Notes: generated by a model from the letters alone, not told the origin. 35,090 nucleotides of DNA from an uncultured virus (IMG/VR IMGVR_UViG_3300046777_002950) (IMGVR_UViG_3300046777_002950); one strand, 5' to 3'. Positions 1 through 8,356 are shown, counted from the first letter of the stretch. Translations and numbers: made by a program.

Positions 1-1
1 C

Positions 2-1606
2 ATTCCCAGTGGTGTGGTTTTGCAGTGGAAATGGCGAAAAGTTGTTACTGAAGATAAAAAAGGTAAGTCTACTGAGAAGTGGGAGAAAGTCCGCTTAGTC
101 GGTACAGGTGTCATCAGACCTAAAAGCGGTCATCCTTACTGTGAAATTAGACAACACTTAAATATTGAAAACCCTGATAAATATGGACAATGTGAATTTT
201 ATAGGAGTGACAATATTCCCGACTTTATGGCAGATGTTCCCACTAAATTTAAGGCAGGGGTAATTGATTCTTTAAAGAAATCATGGAAAGCTTACGTTAC
301 TCCAAAACACCCCGGTAGAAAGCCAAAATTCAAAGGGAGAAACGATAAAATCAAGTCGCTTGTTAATCTCAATGCTGGGGGTTTATCCAAAGAACTAAAA
401 CCGGAAAAAATACCCGGTTCAAATAATGGTTATGTCCAGTTCCCCAAGCTTGGTAAAATTAAAGTTAAAGGATTATTTGATAGATATGACTGGCAAGAAT
501 GGGGTCCTGCCAGAATAGTTAAAGAACCATCAGGTTACTATCTTCATGTATGCGTTGATATCCCCAATGACCCATTACCAAAATCTGATAAAGCAGTAGG
601 AATTGATCCGGGTTTACTATCAATTATTACCACAGATCAGGGTAAAGAAGTTGAGCCGCCTAAGCTATTTAGGAAACAACAAACTAAGCTAAGACGATTA
701 CAGCGTAAAGCATCTAGGCAGAAGAAAGGAGGATGTAATCAGAAGAAAACTTATCAAAAAATAGCCCTACACCATGAGAAGATCCGCCGCAGCCGCAACG
801 CATTTAACCATAAGTTATCTACTAAAGTTGTGCGTGAGTATTCTGGGATTGTGATGGAAGACTTAAAGATACAAAACCTGAACCGTAAGCCCAAAGCCAA
901 GAAACGTGAGGACGGCAATGGCTATGAACAAAACGGTGCAAAACGTAAAGCCGGGTTAAACAAAAGTTTTGCCGATTCAGCACTGGGTGATTTAATCAGT
1001 AAGATTGAAACAAAGTGCAAAGATACTGATAGAGAGTTTGTAAAAGTTGCGGCACACTACACTACGGTTGACTGTTCAAAATGTGGTGCTAAAATAAAGA
1101 AAGCATTGAGCCAAAGAACTCACCGCTGTACAGAATGTGGTCACACTGAAGGACGTGATTCTAATGCAGCCAAGAATATTTTACTCAAAGGCAAAAAGCA
1201 ATTACAAACAGTGTACCGCGCTTGGGCGTGGGAACATGGGGAAACCCGAAAGCCTGGCTCTGATTCCAATACGGAATGTCACCAGGAAGGTGTGCAAACA
1301 CCACCGGAGGATGGATATTCCTCCCAATTAAACCCCGAAAGGGGAACTCAGCGCGGAAGGGGGGATATAAAAACCTCTAAAACCGTGAAAACAACCCCAA
1401 AGGTAGACACCGTAAGCAACCTGAACCTTGACAATTTACCAAACACCCGCGCACCTTACCCAGTAAGCATTTCAGCTAATTCAGCGAAAACTCAAAAGCC
1501 TGGAACAAAGAAAAATAAGAGATCCGCGCAATCAGGGGATGAAACTTTTACACAGCTTACGATCTGGGATACGGCTGGTGAAACCGACCTTGGGGAACTG
1601 GGTTAA
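2..1606 (+). CDS. c2c8: Compact type V CRISPR effector (TnpB-derived, V-U2/C2c8-like), 5'-partial
   Basis: RuvC triad VGIDPG / VMEDL / RDSNAA intact; Zn finger CSKC..CTEC; adjacent CRISPR array. The frame is open to the window edge and the stop lies inside repeat 1. Subtype is from recollection of the family, not from a search. Confidence 0.75.
   Translation: MPSGVVLQWKWRKVVTEDKKGKSTEKWEKVRLVGTGVIRPKSGHPYCEIRQHLNIENPDKYGQCEFYRSDNIPDFMADVPTKFKAGVIDSLKKSWKAYVTPKHPGRKPKFKGRNDKIKSLVNLNAGGLSKELKPEKIPGSNNGYVQFPKLGKIKVKGLFDRYDWQEWGPARIVKEPSGYYLHVCVDIPNDPLPKSDKAVGIDPGLLSIITTDQGKEVEPPKLFRKQQTKLRRLQRKASRQKKGGCNQKKTYQKIALHHEKIRRSRNAFNHKLSTKVVREYSGIVMEDLKIQNLNRKPKAKKREDGNGYEQNGAKRKAGLNKSFADSALGDLISKIETKCKDTDREFVKVAAHYTTVDCSKCGAKIKKALSQRTHRCTECGHTEGRDSNAAKNILLKGKKQLQTVYRAWAWEHGETRKPGSDSNTECHQEGVQTPPEDGYSSQLNPERGTQRGRGDIKTSKTVKTTPKVDTVSNLNLDNLPNTRAPYPVSISANSAKTQKPGTKKNKRSAQSGDETFTQLTIWDTAGETDLGELG
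1380..1576 (+). promoter_or_regulatory. CRISPR leader-like region overlapping the low-complexity C-terminal tail of the effector ORF
   Basis: Immediately precedes repeat 1; contains GAACCTTGACAAT and CCGCGCA motifs resembling cyanobacterial leaders. Confidence 0.45.
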
Positions 1607-2117
1607 TTGCAAGTTATCCCGATATTAACGCAAGTATGGTGAAACCGACGGTGAAACCGACCTTGGGGAACTGGGTTAATTGCAAGCAGAAATAAGATCA
1701 CCAACTTCATTCAGAAAATTGAGGTGAAACCGACCTTGGGGAACTGGGTTAATTGCAAGCGAGATACAGTTTATTTCTAAGATGAGAGGTATCTAGGTGA
1801 AACCGACCTTGGGGAACTGGGTTAATTGCAAGATTCAGATTGTCAAAACCAATATCGGCAACATTGGTGAAACCGACCTTGGGGAACTGGGTTAATTGCA
1901 AGACTTACTTTGATAAAAAAGGCACTGAAAAAAGAGGGTGAAACCGACCTTGGGGAACTGGGTTAATTGCAAGAGATTCATCAGGCTTCTTTGCAGCATT
2001 TCTAGCTTGGTGAAACCGACCTTGGGGAACTGGGTTAATTGCAAGATTCAACAGAACATTTGCAACATCTTGACGTGCCAGGTGAAACCGACCTTGGGGA
2101 ACTGGGTTAATTGCAAG
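1577..2117 (+). CRISPR. CRISPR array, 8 identical 37-bp repeats, 7 spacers (33-36 bp)
   Basis: Repeat GGTGAAACCGACCTTGGGGAACTGGGTTAATTGCAAG starts at 1577, 1650, 1723, 1796, 1866, 1937, 2009 and 2081. The ATTGCAAG 3' end and leader position suggest + orientation. Confidence 0.97.
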
Positions 2118-2297
2118 GCAAGGCAAGTACTTCTTTTCATATGGTACAATTTACAACTTCAAAAGTTCAGTACAAAATATATTAAAATACGGACACTTTG
2201 CTATTGACAAGGATAAAACATTGTGTAATGATATAAATATAGAGGCAAGGGAGACAGCCCAAGCCTCTATTAACCAAGTAACTAGGAGTATTATATC

Positions 2298-2750
2298 ATG
2301 TCTCTTCAAAAGTATTTATCTAATCTCAATTCTGCTGATTCCCAATGGGGAATCTGGGTCAATCCAAATAATATCAATGATTATAGAATTGGTCAGTTTC
2401 AATTTGAAAATGGTGGCATTTTGGATGGAAAGATTTGCATAGGATCTTTAGACCAGTTAAGCTTTGGCTATCAGTCTCAACTTGATGCTATCAAGCAGTA
2501 TCTAGAAGAAAATCAGCTTCTTACCTTTGAAGGTAAGAAGGTGAAAGTAAATCAAAAAGAAATTCTCCAAGCTTGGAGTGATGGAAATTTAGATCCTAAT
2601 TTTTCTTCATTCTTAGAAGAAAAATCTCAAGATATCATGGAAATGTGGGCTTCATACGAAGCCGAAGAATTTGTTAATAATAAAATTCCTGAAATTATTG
2701 AGCAAGCATTAGAGGATGCAGATCAGGAATCTCCATATTCATTTGTTTGA
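2298..2750 (+). CDS. Hypothetical phage protein
   Basis: 150 aa ORF, AGGAG RBS upstream, hairpin downstream. Confidence 0.75.
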   Translation: MSLQKYLSNLNSADSQWGIWVNPNNINDYRIGQFQFENGGILDGKICIGSLDQLSFGYQSQLDAIKQYLEENQLLTFEGKKVKVNQKEILQAWSDGNLDPNFSSFLEEKSQDIMEMWASYEAEEFVNNKIPEIIEQALEDADQESPYSFV

Positions 2751-2757
2751 TAATAAC

Positions 2758-2778
2758 AAGGGGTGTTGCCCACCCCTT
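2758..2778 (+). terminator. GC-rich hairpin, possible terminator
   Basis: AAGGGGTG-ttgcc-CACCCCTT. Confidence 0.5.
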
Positions 2779-2799
2779 TGCTAAATCAAAAAAACCAAA

Positions 2800-3171
2800 A
2801 TGCAGCAAAAAATATTAATTGGCAATAAGTATTGCTCGCTGACGGTACAGAAACTAATGAAAGGTACTAAAAAATGCGAGTGCATTTGTGATTGCGGAAA
2901 AACAATAATTGTTTGGAAAACTGCCTTAGGGAAGCAGCGCTCATGTGGGTGCATGGGGAAAGGAACTACCGGAATAAGTAACCCGAAAAGAACGGAAATG
3001 AATCTTGCAAAGGTTCAAGTAAAGCTTGAACTTTTGCCAAACGAATTTTCTGTGGAAGTAATTGCTTCCATTTTGTATAAAGGCAATAAAACAAAAGCAG
3101 CCCAATGGGCTGCATGGAATTATCACGCAGGGCATATTCAAAAGGTCGCAAGAGGAATTTACAAAAAGTGA
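2800..3171 (+). CDS. Cys-rich phage DNA-binding protein (CxCDCG...SCGC domain as in phage HNH/AP2 proteins) with wHTH-like C-terminus
   Basis: CECICDCG...RSCGC; ends GHIQKVARGIYKK. Confidence 0.6.
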   Translation: MQQKILIGNKYCSLTVQKLMKGTKKCECICDCGKTIIVWKTALGKQRSCGCMGKGTTGISNPKRTEMNLAKVQVKLELLPNEFSVEVIASILYKGNKTKAAQWAAWNYHAGHIQKVARGIYKK

Positions 3172-3419
3172 GTAGAAAACAGGAGAGCATCACGCTCTCC
3201 ATCTCAATGGAAGACAAAGCCAAGCTAGAGAATAAAGCTTTAGAGTTTGGCTGCCTGTGGGGTGAAGACCCCAACATTTCCAAATTCATGAAACTAATAG
3301 CTAATGATGAGTTATTAGTTTCTAGGCCAGACAAACCCGCAACTCAAAAGCGGGCATCAATCAAAGATGCTATTAATAGCATCCAATCAGCACTAACAAT
3401 TTTATTGGAGTTAATTTAA
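3168..3419 (+). CDS. RHH-type regulator resembling the N-terminus of cyanobacterial CRISPR-associated WYL proteins, with no WYL domain
   Basis: GTG start overlapping the upstream stop (GTGA); MSRKQESITLSIS..DKAKLE..ALEFG..WG..PNISK. Confidence 0.7.
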   Translation: MSRKQESITLSISMEDKAKLENKALEFGCLWGEDPNISKFMKLIANDELLVSRPDKPATQKRASIKDAINSIQSALTILLELI

Positions 3420-3453
3420 TGCAAGTGTATCCAGTAAAGTAGCTTATTTCCAT

Positions 3454-3487
3454 TACCCACTAACACGCTTTAGTGGGTATTTTTTTA
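3454..3487 (+). terminator. Intrinsic terminator (hairpin family copy 1)
   Basis: TACCCACTAA-cacgct-TTAGTGGGTA followed by a T-run; related copies at 9844 and 12191. Confidence 0.7.
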
Positions 3488-3704
3488 TTTATGCAATAAG
3501 TACGCTTTAAAATTGCTTTATAAATTCTGAAACAAAGTCTATTTGCTTTTTGTGCAATAGTGTTTAAGCGCGGCGGCGGGCATAACCTGATCCTATGAGA
3601 GATTTATCTGCTTGAGAGAAATATTTGTCTTTAAACCAAAGATAGCAGATATCTGTTGTGTTAGTTCTTTTCTTAAAGAAGCTTTTTTATTTCCGTTTAA
3701 GCTA

Positions 3705-3743
3705 AAGATTGTTAATTAAGATTGTTAATTAAGATTGTTCAAT
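3705..3743 (+). repeat. Three tandem AT-rich 13-mers
   Basis: AAGATTGTTAATT x2 plus AAGATTGTTCAAT. Confidence 0.85.
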
Positions 3744-3838
3744 AATATAGATGAAACCTTAAATTCAACGACTCCAATGTTATTTTTAACGAATCGTGCG
3801 TTTTTTCTACTGTCTCCAGCGTTATTTTTAACGGATCG
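3737..3838 (-). repeat. Non-coding diverged copy of the rep iteron block (about 3 units of 21 bp plus tail)
   Basis: Reverse complement CGATCCGTTAAAAATAACGCTGGAGAC matches 34967-34993 at 24/27. The tail GAATTTAAGGTTTCATCTATATT resembles GAATTTAAAGGATGATCTATATT near 35060. Confidence 0.8.
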
Positions 3839-3867
3839 AGAATATAAGGCTTTCAAAACTTTCTTTG

Positions 3868-4635
3868 CTAAAATAAGGACAACTGAACTGGGCTGATTGC
3901 AGGTAGAATCATGGGAGAAGCAGGAATTACAGGAATTGGTGTTATTTCCGCCACGAAGACACTTGATTGTATTTGAGCGATGTAATTTATCAACTCTATT
4001 AATCTAGTGCCTCTAATGGCTTTTATTCCTCCTTCAAGTTCCCAAAATCTATCGTCAAAAACTTTCATCAGTTTGTCGCTTCTATAATTGCCTGAATCAA
4101 TCTCAGTTTTACTAAATCCCAATCCCATTAATTCTTCATATATCTGCAAATACTTTTTAAATCTGCTATCAACATAAACTGTGTCCAACTCAAATTGAAC
4201 TGGAAAAAGCGTACGACTACGCGCTTCTAATGCCCATGGGATAATGTGTTTTTGTCCTGATTCTGCTATGGCAATAGTAAACGGTGGTTCAGGAGGATTT
4301 AATAAGTATTCCCTGATTTCTACCCGTGTTAATAAGTTTTTGACCACACCGAAAGTATCTTTACCCTCAGTATGAGTACCTTCAATTATTGGTGCTATTA
4401 AAGTGTCACCTTGGTACACCCTGGACAAAGACCGTCCCCACAGTTTTGACCACTTATTTTTACCTTCATTCCAATACCATAACTGCTTTTGATTACCAGA
4501 AATTGTGGAATAGCAGCGATCGCACAGCAGCTTAGAATCTGGACACTTAGCTGATGAATGCATAGTGAAAGTATTAGATAATTCCAATGGATTTGATGCT
4601 GGTTTAGCACAAAGATAGCAAAGCGATCGCTGCAT
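3868..4635 (-). CDS. csf1: Type IV CRISPR large subunit Csf1 (Cas8-like)
   Basis: CYLC...NTFT...CDRC Zn motif; PPEPPF..AIAESGQKH..W; operon context. Confidence 0.85.
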   Translation of the reverse strand: MQRSLCYLCAKPASNPLELSNTFTMHSSAKCPDSKLLCDRCYSTISGNQKQLWYWNEGKNKWSKLWGRSLSRVYQGDTLIAPIIEGTHTEGKDTFGVVKNLLTRVEIREYLLNPPEPPFTIAIAESGQKHIIPWALEARSRTLFPVQFELDTVYVDSRFKKYLQIYEELMGLGFSKTEIDSGNYRSDKLMKVFDDRFWELEGGIKAIRGTRLIELINYIAQIQSSVFVAEITPIPVIPASPMILPAISPVQLSLF

Positions 4636-4638
4636 ATA

Positions 4639-5331
4639 TTAAACTCCTAAAATATTGTATTTTTCTCTGACAACTGAAACAGGCAAATCTAAATCATGCC
4701 ACCATTCCCAATCATCAACCAAAACAGCAGAATTTACACCTATGTTCCAATACTTCATAAGTTCATGAGACTTAATATCCTTGAATAAGTCGGATACAAA
4801 TATCTCTAACTGTTCAATTAAAAGTATAGGAAACTCTGTTTTTTGGATCATGCCGCTTTCGTAGGCTATTACAGCTAATTCACCCTTTTGAGATATGTCA
4901 ACATCTAATAAAATATGGTGCAAATCGTGAACTATGATGTAATTTGCAGGGAACAAAGAAGCGTCTGTGCTTGGTGTTTCCACTTGCTGTGTTAAATAGT
5001 ATTTTTTTAGTGCAGCACTCAAGCTACCCAGTACAGGACTTTTTAAATTTTTGTACAATAAATCAATTGCCTCTTTATTGGGATTTAACCCTGATCGCAA
5101 ATATGATTTAATACCATATTCTTTTTCATTTTCTGGCATACATGGTAATACTGAAGGCGCAGATTGAGAGCGTAAAGTACAAGTGGGACGCACATATTCA
5201 AATCTGATTCTACTAAATATTTCCCATCGCTTTAAAGGCGAAAATACTTCATCAGTTGATAAATCAATATTGATATTACCGGATGCTAACTGAGTAAAAG
5301 CTGCTTTATTTGTTAAGAATTGTTCAATCAT
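4639..5331 (-). CDS. Coq4-family-like zinc-binding protein inside the type IV-B operon
   Basis: HDLHH-x11-E matches the Coq4 HDxxH-x11-E motif; upstream LGSLSAALKKY resembles Coq4 GTLGxxY. Confidence 0.6.
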   Translation of the reverse strand: MIEQFLTNKAAFTQLASGNINIDLSTDEVFSPLKRWEIFSRIRFEYVRPTCTLRSQSAPSVLPCMPENEKEYGIKSYLRSGLNPNKEAIDLLYKNLKSPVLGSLSAALKKYYLTQQVETPSTDASLFPANYIIVHDLHHILLDVDISQKGELAVIAYESGMIQKTEFPILLIEQLEIFVSDLFKDIKSHELMKYWNIGVNSAVLVDDWEWWHDLDLPVSVVREKYNILGV

Positions 5332-6040
5332 AAATACCTTCGGATTGTAGTAGTGTAAACAATGGGAAATTATATCTTTTAATCAATTCCATTTTACCAT
5401 CAGACAACTGTTTATTTTTGTTAGCTGAAAACCAATATTTAGCGTGTGCATTTGTTCTACCATGCTCTCTATCTTTATAGTCATAGCTATTAAGATAGGG
5501 TAAATCATTAATAACTATATATGCCCAAACATCACGCCAATTCCACCACCCTAAAGGACATACTCTATAATGTCCAGCATATTTTCCAGTTTGATACTGA
5601 TGAATTAACCCATTATTCATCAGCGATCGCTTACGGTTTCTACTTTCTTCTGCTCGTAATCCTACAAATGCTAAAGTATACTCACCTTCAAGTATTTGAT
5701 TACATCTATCTTGAACCGTATCTGGTGTGTCCGCCCATTCCGGCAACCCTGTCAATTCTTTGTAATTTGTTGGGAATTTTTGCAAATAATTATTAATCAC
5801 TTCAGTGTAATTATCTACAACATCTTGTTCCGGTGATCCGTAATTTACTGCTATGATATTTGGTTGTATTTTTTGACATAAATGTAACATCACTAAACTG
5901 TCTTTACCCCAGCTAATAGCTACATAAGCAGGAGCAATTTTTAACGCTTCTTTAATGACTGCTTTGGCTTGTTCTACTTTTTTCTTGAATTTTGGCAAAG
6001 CTGCCCAGCCTTCAAACATTAATTTCTCATCAAGTTCCAT
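5324..6040 (-). CDS. cysH: Type IV-B associated CysH-like (PAPS reductase family, PP-loop) protein
   Basis: ISWGKDS, GLRAEESRNR, PLGWWNWRDVWAYI. Confidence 0.88.
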   Translation of the reverse strand: MELDEKLMFEGWAALPKFKKKVEQAKAVIKEALKIAPAYVAISWGKDSLVMLHLCQKIQPNIIAVNYGSPEQDVVDNYTEVINNYLQKFPTNYKELTGLPEWADTPDTVQDRCNQILEGEYTLAFVGLRAEESRNRKRSLMNNGLIHQYQTGKYAGHYRVCPLGWWNWRDVWAYIVINDLPYLNSYDYKDREHGRTNAHAKYWFSANKNKQLSDGKMELIKRYNFPLFTLLQSEGIYD

Positions 6041-6719
6041 AAATCACATTATCCTTTGGCATATAGCAAAGTTCTTTATTAGCTGCCAGCCAAGCCGGGC
6101 TTTTCCATCCCCAGATCAATTGAGGATTATCTATTTTTTGTGATATTAACCTCACAGGCATAGGACGCATTAGCTTATCATCTCGCCATAAATGATAATC
6201 GTCATAAGCTATTTCTACTTGCCATTGCTTAATCTCACCATTGCCATAACTTCGTTTTTTCTGAATATGGGTGACGGATGATAATAAAGCGTTAATCCCG
6301 TCTTTGTCTCCTACCGCAAACCAACTAATACTATTCGTTAAACGAGTGTATAAAGGCAAATCATAAGACTTTTCCACGCCTTCACCTGTCAAGAATTTAG
6401 CTTTTCTTTTCCCCCAATTCAAACTATTTTCATGATTATCCCATCTTTTCCGGTATCTATCAGTATTTTCACTTTTGACCACGTAACAAGGTGAACTTAC
6501 ACAGAAATATTTATCATTCATTATTGTATTCTGTTTAAGCGGTAATTTATCTACTAAAAAATCCTGAACTTCTGCAAGTTGTTGAATCGTAGGATTGGAT
6601 GATAATAGATTATTTTCTTCTAATAATCTATAGGTAAGAAGCCCCTCTAAGGAAGGACTCCAATTGTCATAGACACCAATCGGTGTAGACAAATATGCAG
6701 TGACTTTTAAATTATTCAC
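6030..6719 (-). CDS. csf3: Type IV CRISPR Csf3 (Cas5 group RAMP)
   Basis: LKVTAYLSTP, WFAVGD, KKRSYGNGEIKQW, LMRPMP. Confidence 0.85.
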   Translation of the reverse strand: MNNLKVTAYLSTPIGVYDNWSPSLEGLLTYRLLEENNLLSSNPTIQQLAEVQDFLVDKLPLKQNTIMNDKYFCVSSPCYVVKSENTDRYRKRWDNHENSLNWGKRKAKFLTGEGVEKSYDLPLYTRLTNSISWFAVGDKDGINALLSSVTHIQKKRSYGNGEIKQWQVEIAYDDYHLWRDDKLMRPMPVRLISQKIDNPQLIWGWKSPAWLAANKELCYMPKDNVIYGT

Positions 6720-7845
6720 CTAATAACTTCCTTAATTCTTTGGATGTTTTTGCTTCACTTAAAAACTGCTGATACTGATTGATATATTCCCGATATTTTT
6801 GATGGGAATTAAGAAATCTGTCCCCCATGACTCCATCCTTCAAAGAACACAATAAACCGTGTTCATGGTCAGATTGAAACCAGAAATCAAGATGAACCCT
6901 GCCATTACCACGATTGCTTTTACCACCAATATAAGGTGATTCTGAGAACTTGAGCAAAGTATCAAATATCCATCCCTCCTCTACTTGAGTACAGTTCAAA
7001 TCCCATCGGGAATAAAGTTTAGCACCGGGCATAATTAATCTATCAGCAGCAATCATCTGGTCTGATTTAGTTTTCTCTTTAGTTTTACCATCACCTGTTA
7101 ATTGTGCTTGTACTTCTGATGGTAGAAATTTGAGTAAGTTAGGATCTAAAGTACTATCTCTGCGGGTTGTCTGATCAATTGTTAAGTATTCAGTCCATGT
7201 CTTCATTACTTTTTTAACCAATGGCAAACATTCTGATTTTACTTGATTCCAATTGGTTAAGTCTTCCGATTTTGTGGCCACAAAAGGGTCGGAAGAAAGT
7301 CTGTTTTTAGCTTTAATTAATGTTGAAATAGTCGGTTGTATTTCCGGTGGTAAAATCGCTGGGACTTGATTGTAAACGTATTCTGCTGACTCATAGCAGA
7401 CTAAATAACCACTGCCAATATTAATTCTACCAGCCACCATTTGAGATTCTTTAGTCCCAAAAACTCCTGTAGGTTTAGCGGTTCCTAGTACTGACAACCA
7501 AGGCATAAAGACCCGGATCTTTTTATCCAGTTCCATATCTGAAGCCGTCCCCCCATCAATTCGCCCGCCAGCAAACATTGTGTGGTGAGTATCTGGATTT
7601 ACTTTAATTCCTAATTCTGTGAGTGCTGTTGACACTCCTACCCGGCGCAAAATACCATTTCTAATTGCATTACCAGAATAGACAAAAACACTTCTGGGAT
7701 TACCTTCAAAATCCAATAGCTTAGTAGTTTTCAGGTTACTAACATTGCCAGATACTTCGCCTATGTGGCTCAATGGTGTCTGTAGTGTAATTAAGCAATG
7801 TAAAGTCAATCTTTCCCTGTCAAAAATATTATAATTATCAAACAT
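6712..7845 (-). CDS. csf2: Type IV CRISPR Csf2 (Cas7 group RAMP)
   Basis: TPLSHI, SGNAIRNGILRR, MFAGG, PWLSVLG, G-rich loop IGGKSNRGNGRV. Confidence 0.9.
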   Translation of the reverse strand: MFDNYNIFDRERLTLHCLITLQTPLSHIGEVSGNVSNLKTTKLLDFEGNPRSVFVYSGNAIRNGILRRVGVSTALTELGIKVNPDTHHTMFAGGRIDGGTASDMELDKKIRVFMPWLSVLGTAKPTGVFGTKESQMVAGRINIGSGYLVCYESAEYVYNQVPAILPPEIQPTISTLIKAKNRLSSDPFVATKSEDLTNWNQVKSECLPLVKKVMKTWTEYLTIDQTTRRDSTLDPNLLKFLPSEVQAQLTGDGKTKEKTKSDQMIAADRLIMPGAKLYSRWDLNCTQVEEGWIFDTLLKFSESPYIGGKSNRGNGRVHLDFWFQSDHEHGLLCSLKDGVMGDRFLNSHQKYREYINQYQQFLSEAKTSKELRKLLGE

Positions 7846-8356
7846 TTGTCACTTCTACCTCAATAAATTCCTCTGGTTCATCAAGTCCCAAGCTTCTGTC
7901 TTCTTCAAAACGTAGCCGACAAATTACTTGGATAATTCCTGTTTTTGTTCTTAATAATTCCAGTACATCCCACTCACTAAATCCGTGGGGTTCAATGTCA
8001 GCAAGCAAGTCAAGCCAACCCATAAAAATCAAGCTTTGATCTATTGGTAGTTCCTTAATTTCAGTTGCGTCTTCATTGATTCTCAGTATTCTCTGAGTTG
8101 GTTGAATGATTTTGGTTAGCTCTACAGGTCTTAATTGCGACATTAGCTTGTCACAAAGATTTTGTAAATAGTCTTCTAGATTCGTGGATATTTCTGCACA
8201 ATTCTTGATAGAAGATTCTAGGTACGTCCAGGTTTTAGTCCCCATGGCTGGACTACGCTTCCTGTCACGACACTTGAAAACCCAGTAGCTTAAACAAGCA
8301 GCCACACCATAACACTTGTCCCGTGTTTGTGGCATTCCATAATGATTTATTGTCAC
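7838..8356 (-). CDS. Putative type IV-B small subunit (Cas11-like)
   Basis: 172 aa, apparently helical; first gene of the operon, overlapping csf2 by 8 bp. Confidence 0.6.
   Translation of the reverse strand: MTINHYGMPQTRDKCYGVAACLSYWVFKCRDRKRSPAMGTKTWTYLESSIKNCAEISTNLEDYLQNLCDKLMSQLRPVELTKIIQPTQRILRINEDATEIKELPIDQSLIFMGWLDLLADIEPHGFSEWDVLELLRTKTGIIQVICRLRFEEDRSLGLDEPEEFIEVEVTNV

Noticed and set aside
2..1606. Plain IS605 TnpB transposon gene
   Set aside because: Followed by a leader and an 8-repeat array rather than an IS right end; the N-terminal region is also extended.
2046..2080. Spacer 7 translates as IQQNICNIL, similar to the tmk C-terminus VQKNIQNIL
   Set aside because: Only about 18/30 nucleotide identity, so not a protospacer. 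I saw no convincing self-target for any spacer, though an eye search is not exhaustive.
1905..2207. ORFs 1905-2126 (-) and 1938-2207 (+)
   Set aside because: Translations of CRISPR repeats and spacers.
3105..3167. Upstream extension of the RHH ORF
   Set aside because: Overlaps the previous gene; the recognisable family start is GTG 3168.
5324..6040. Metabolic PAPS reductase for sulfate assimilation
   Set aside because: Embedded between csf genes and lacks the C-terminal ECGLH motif; better read as the type IV-B CysH-like protein.
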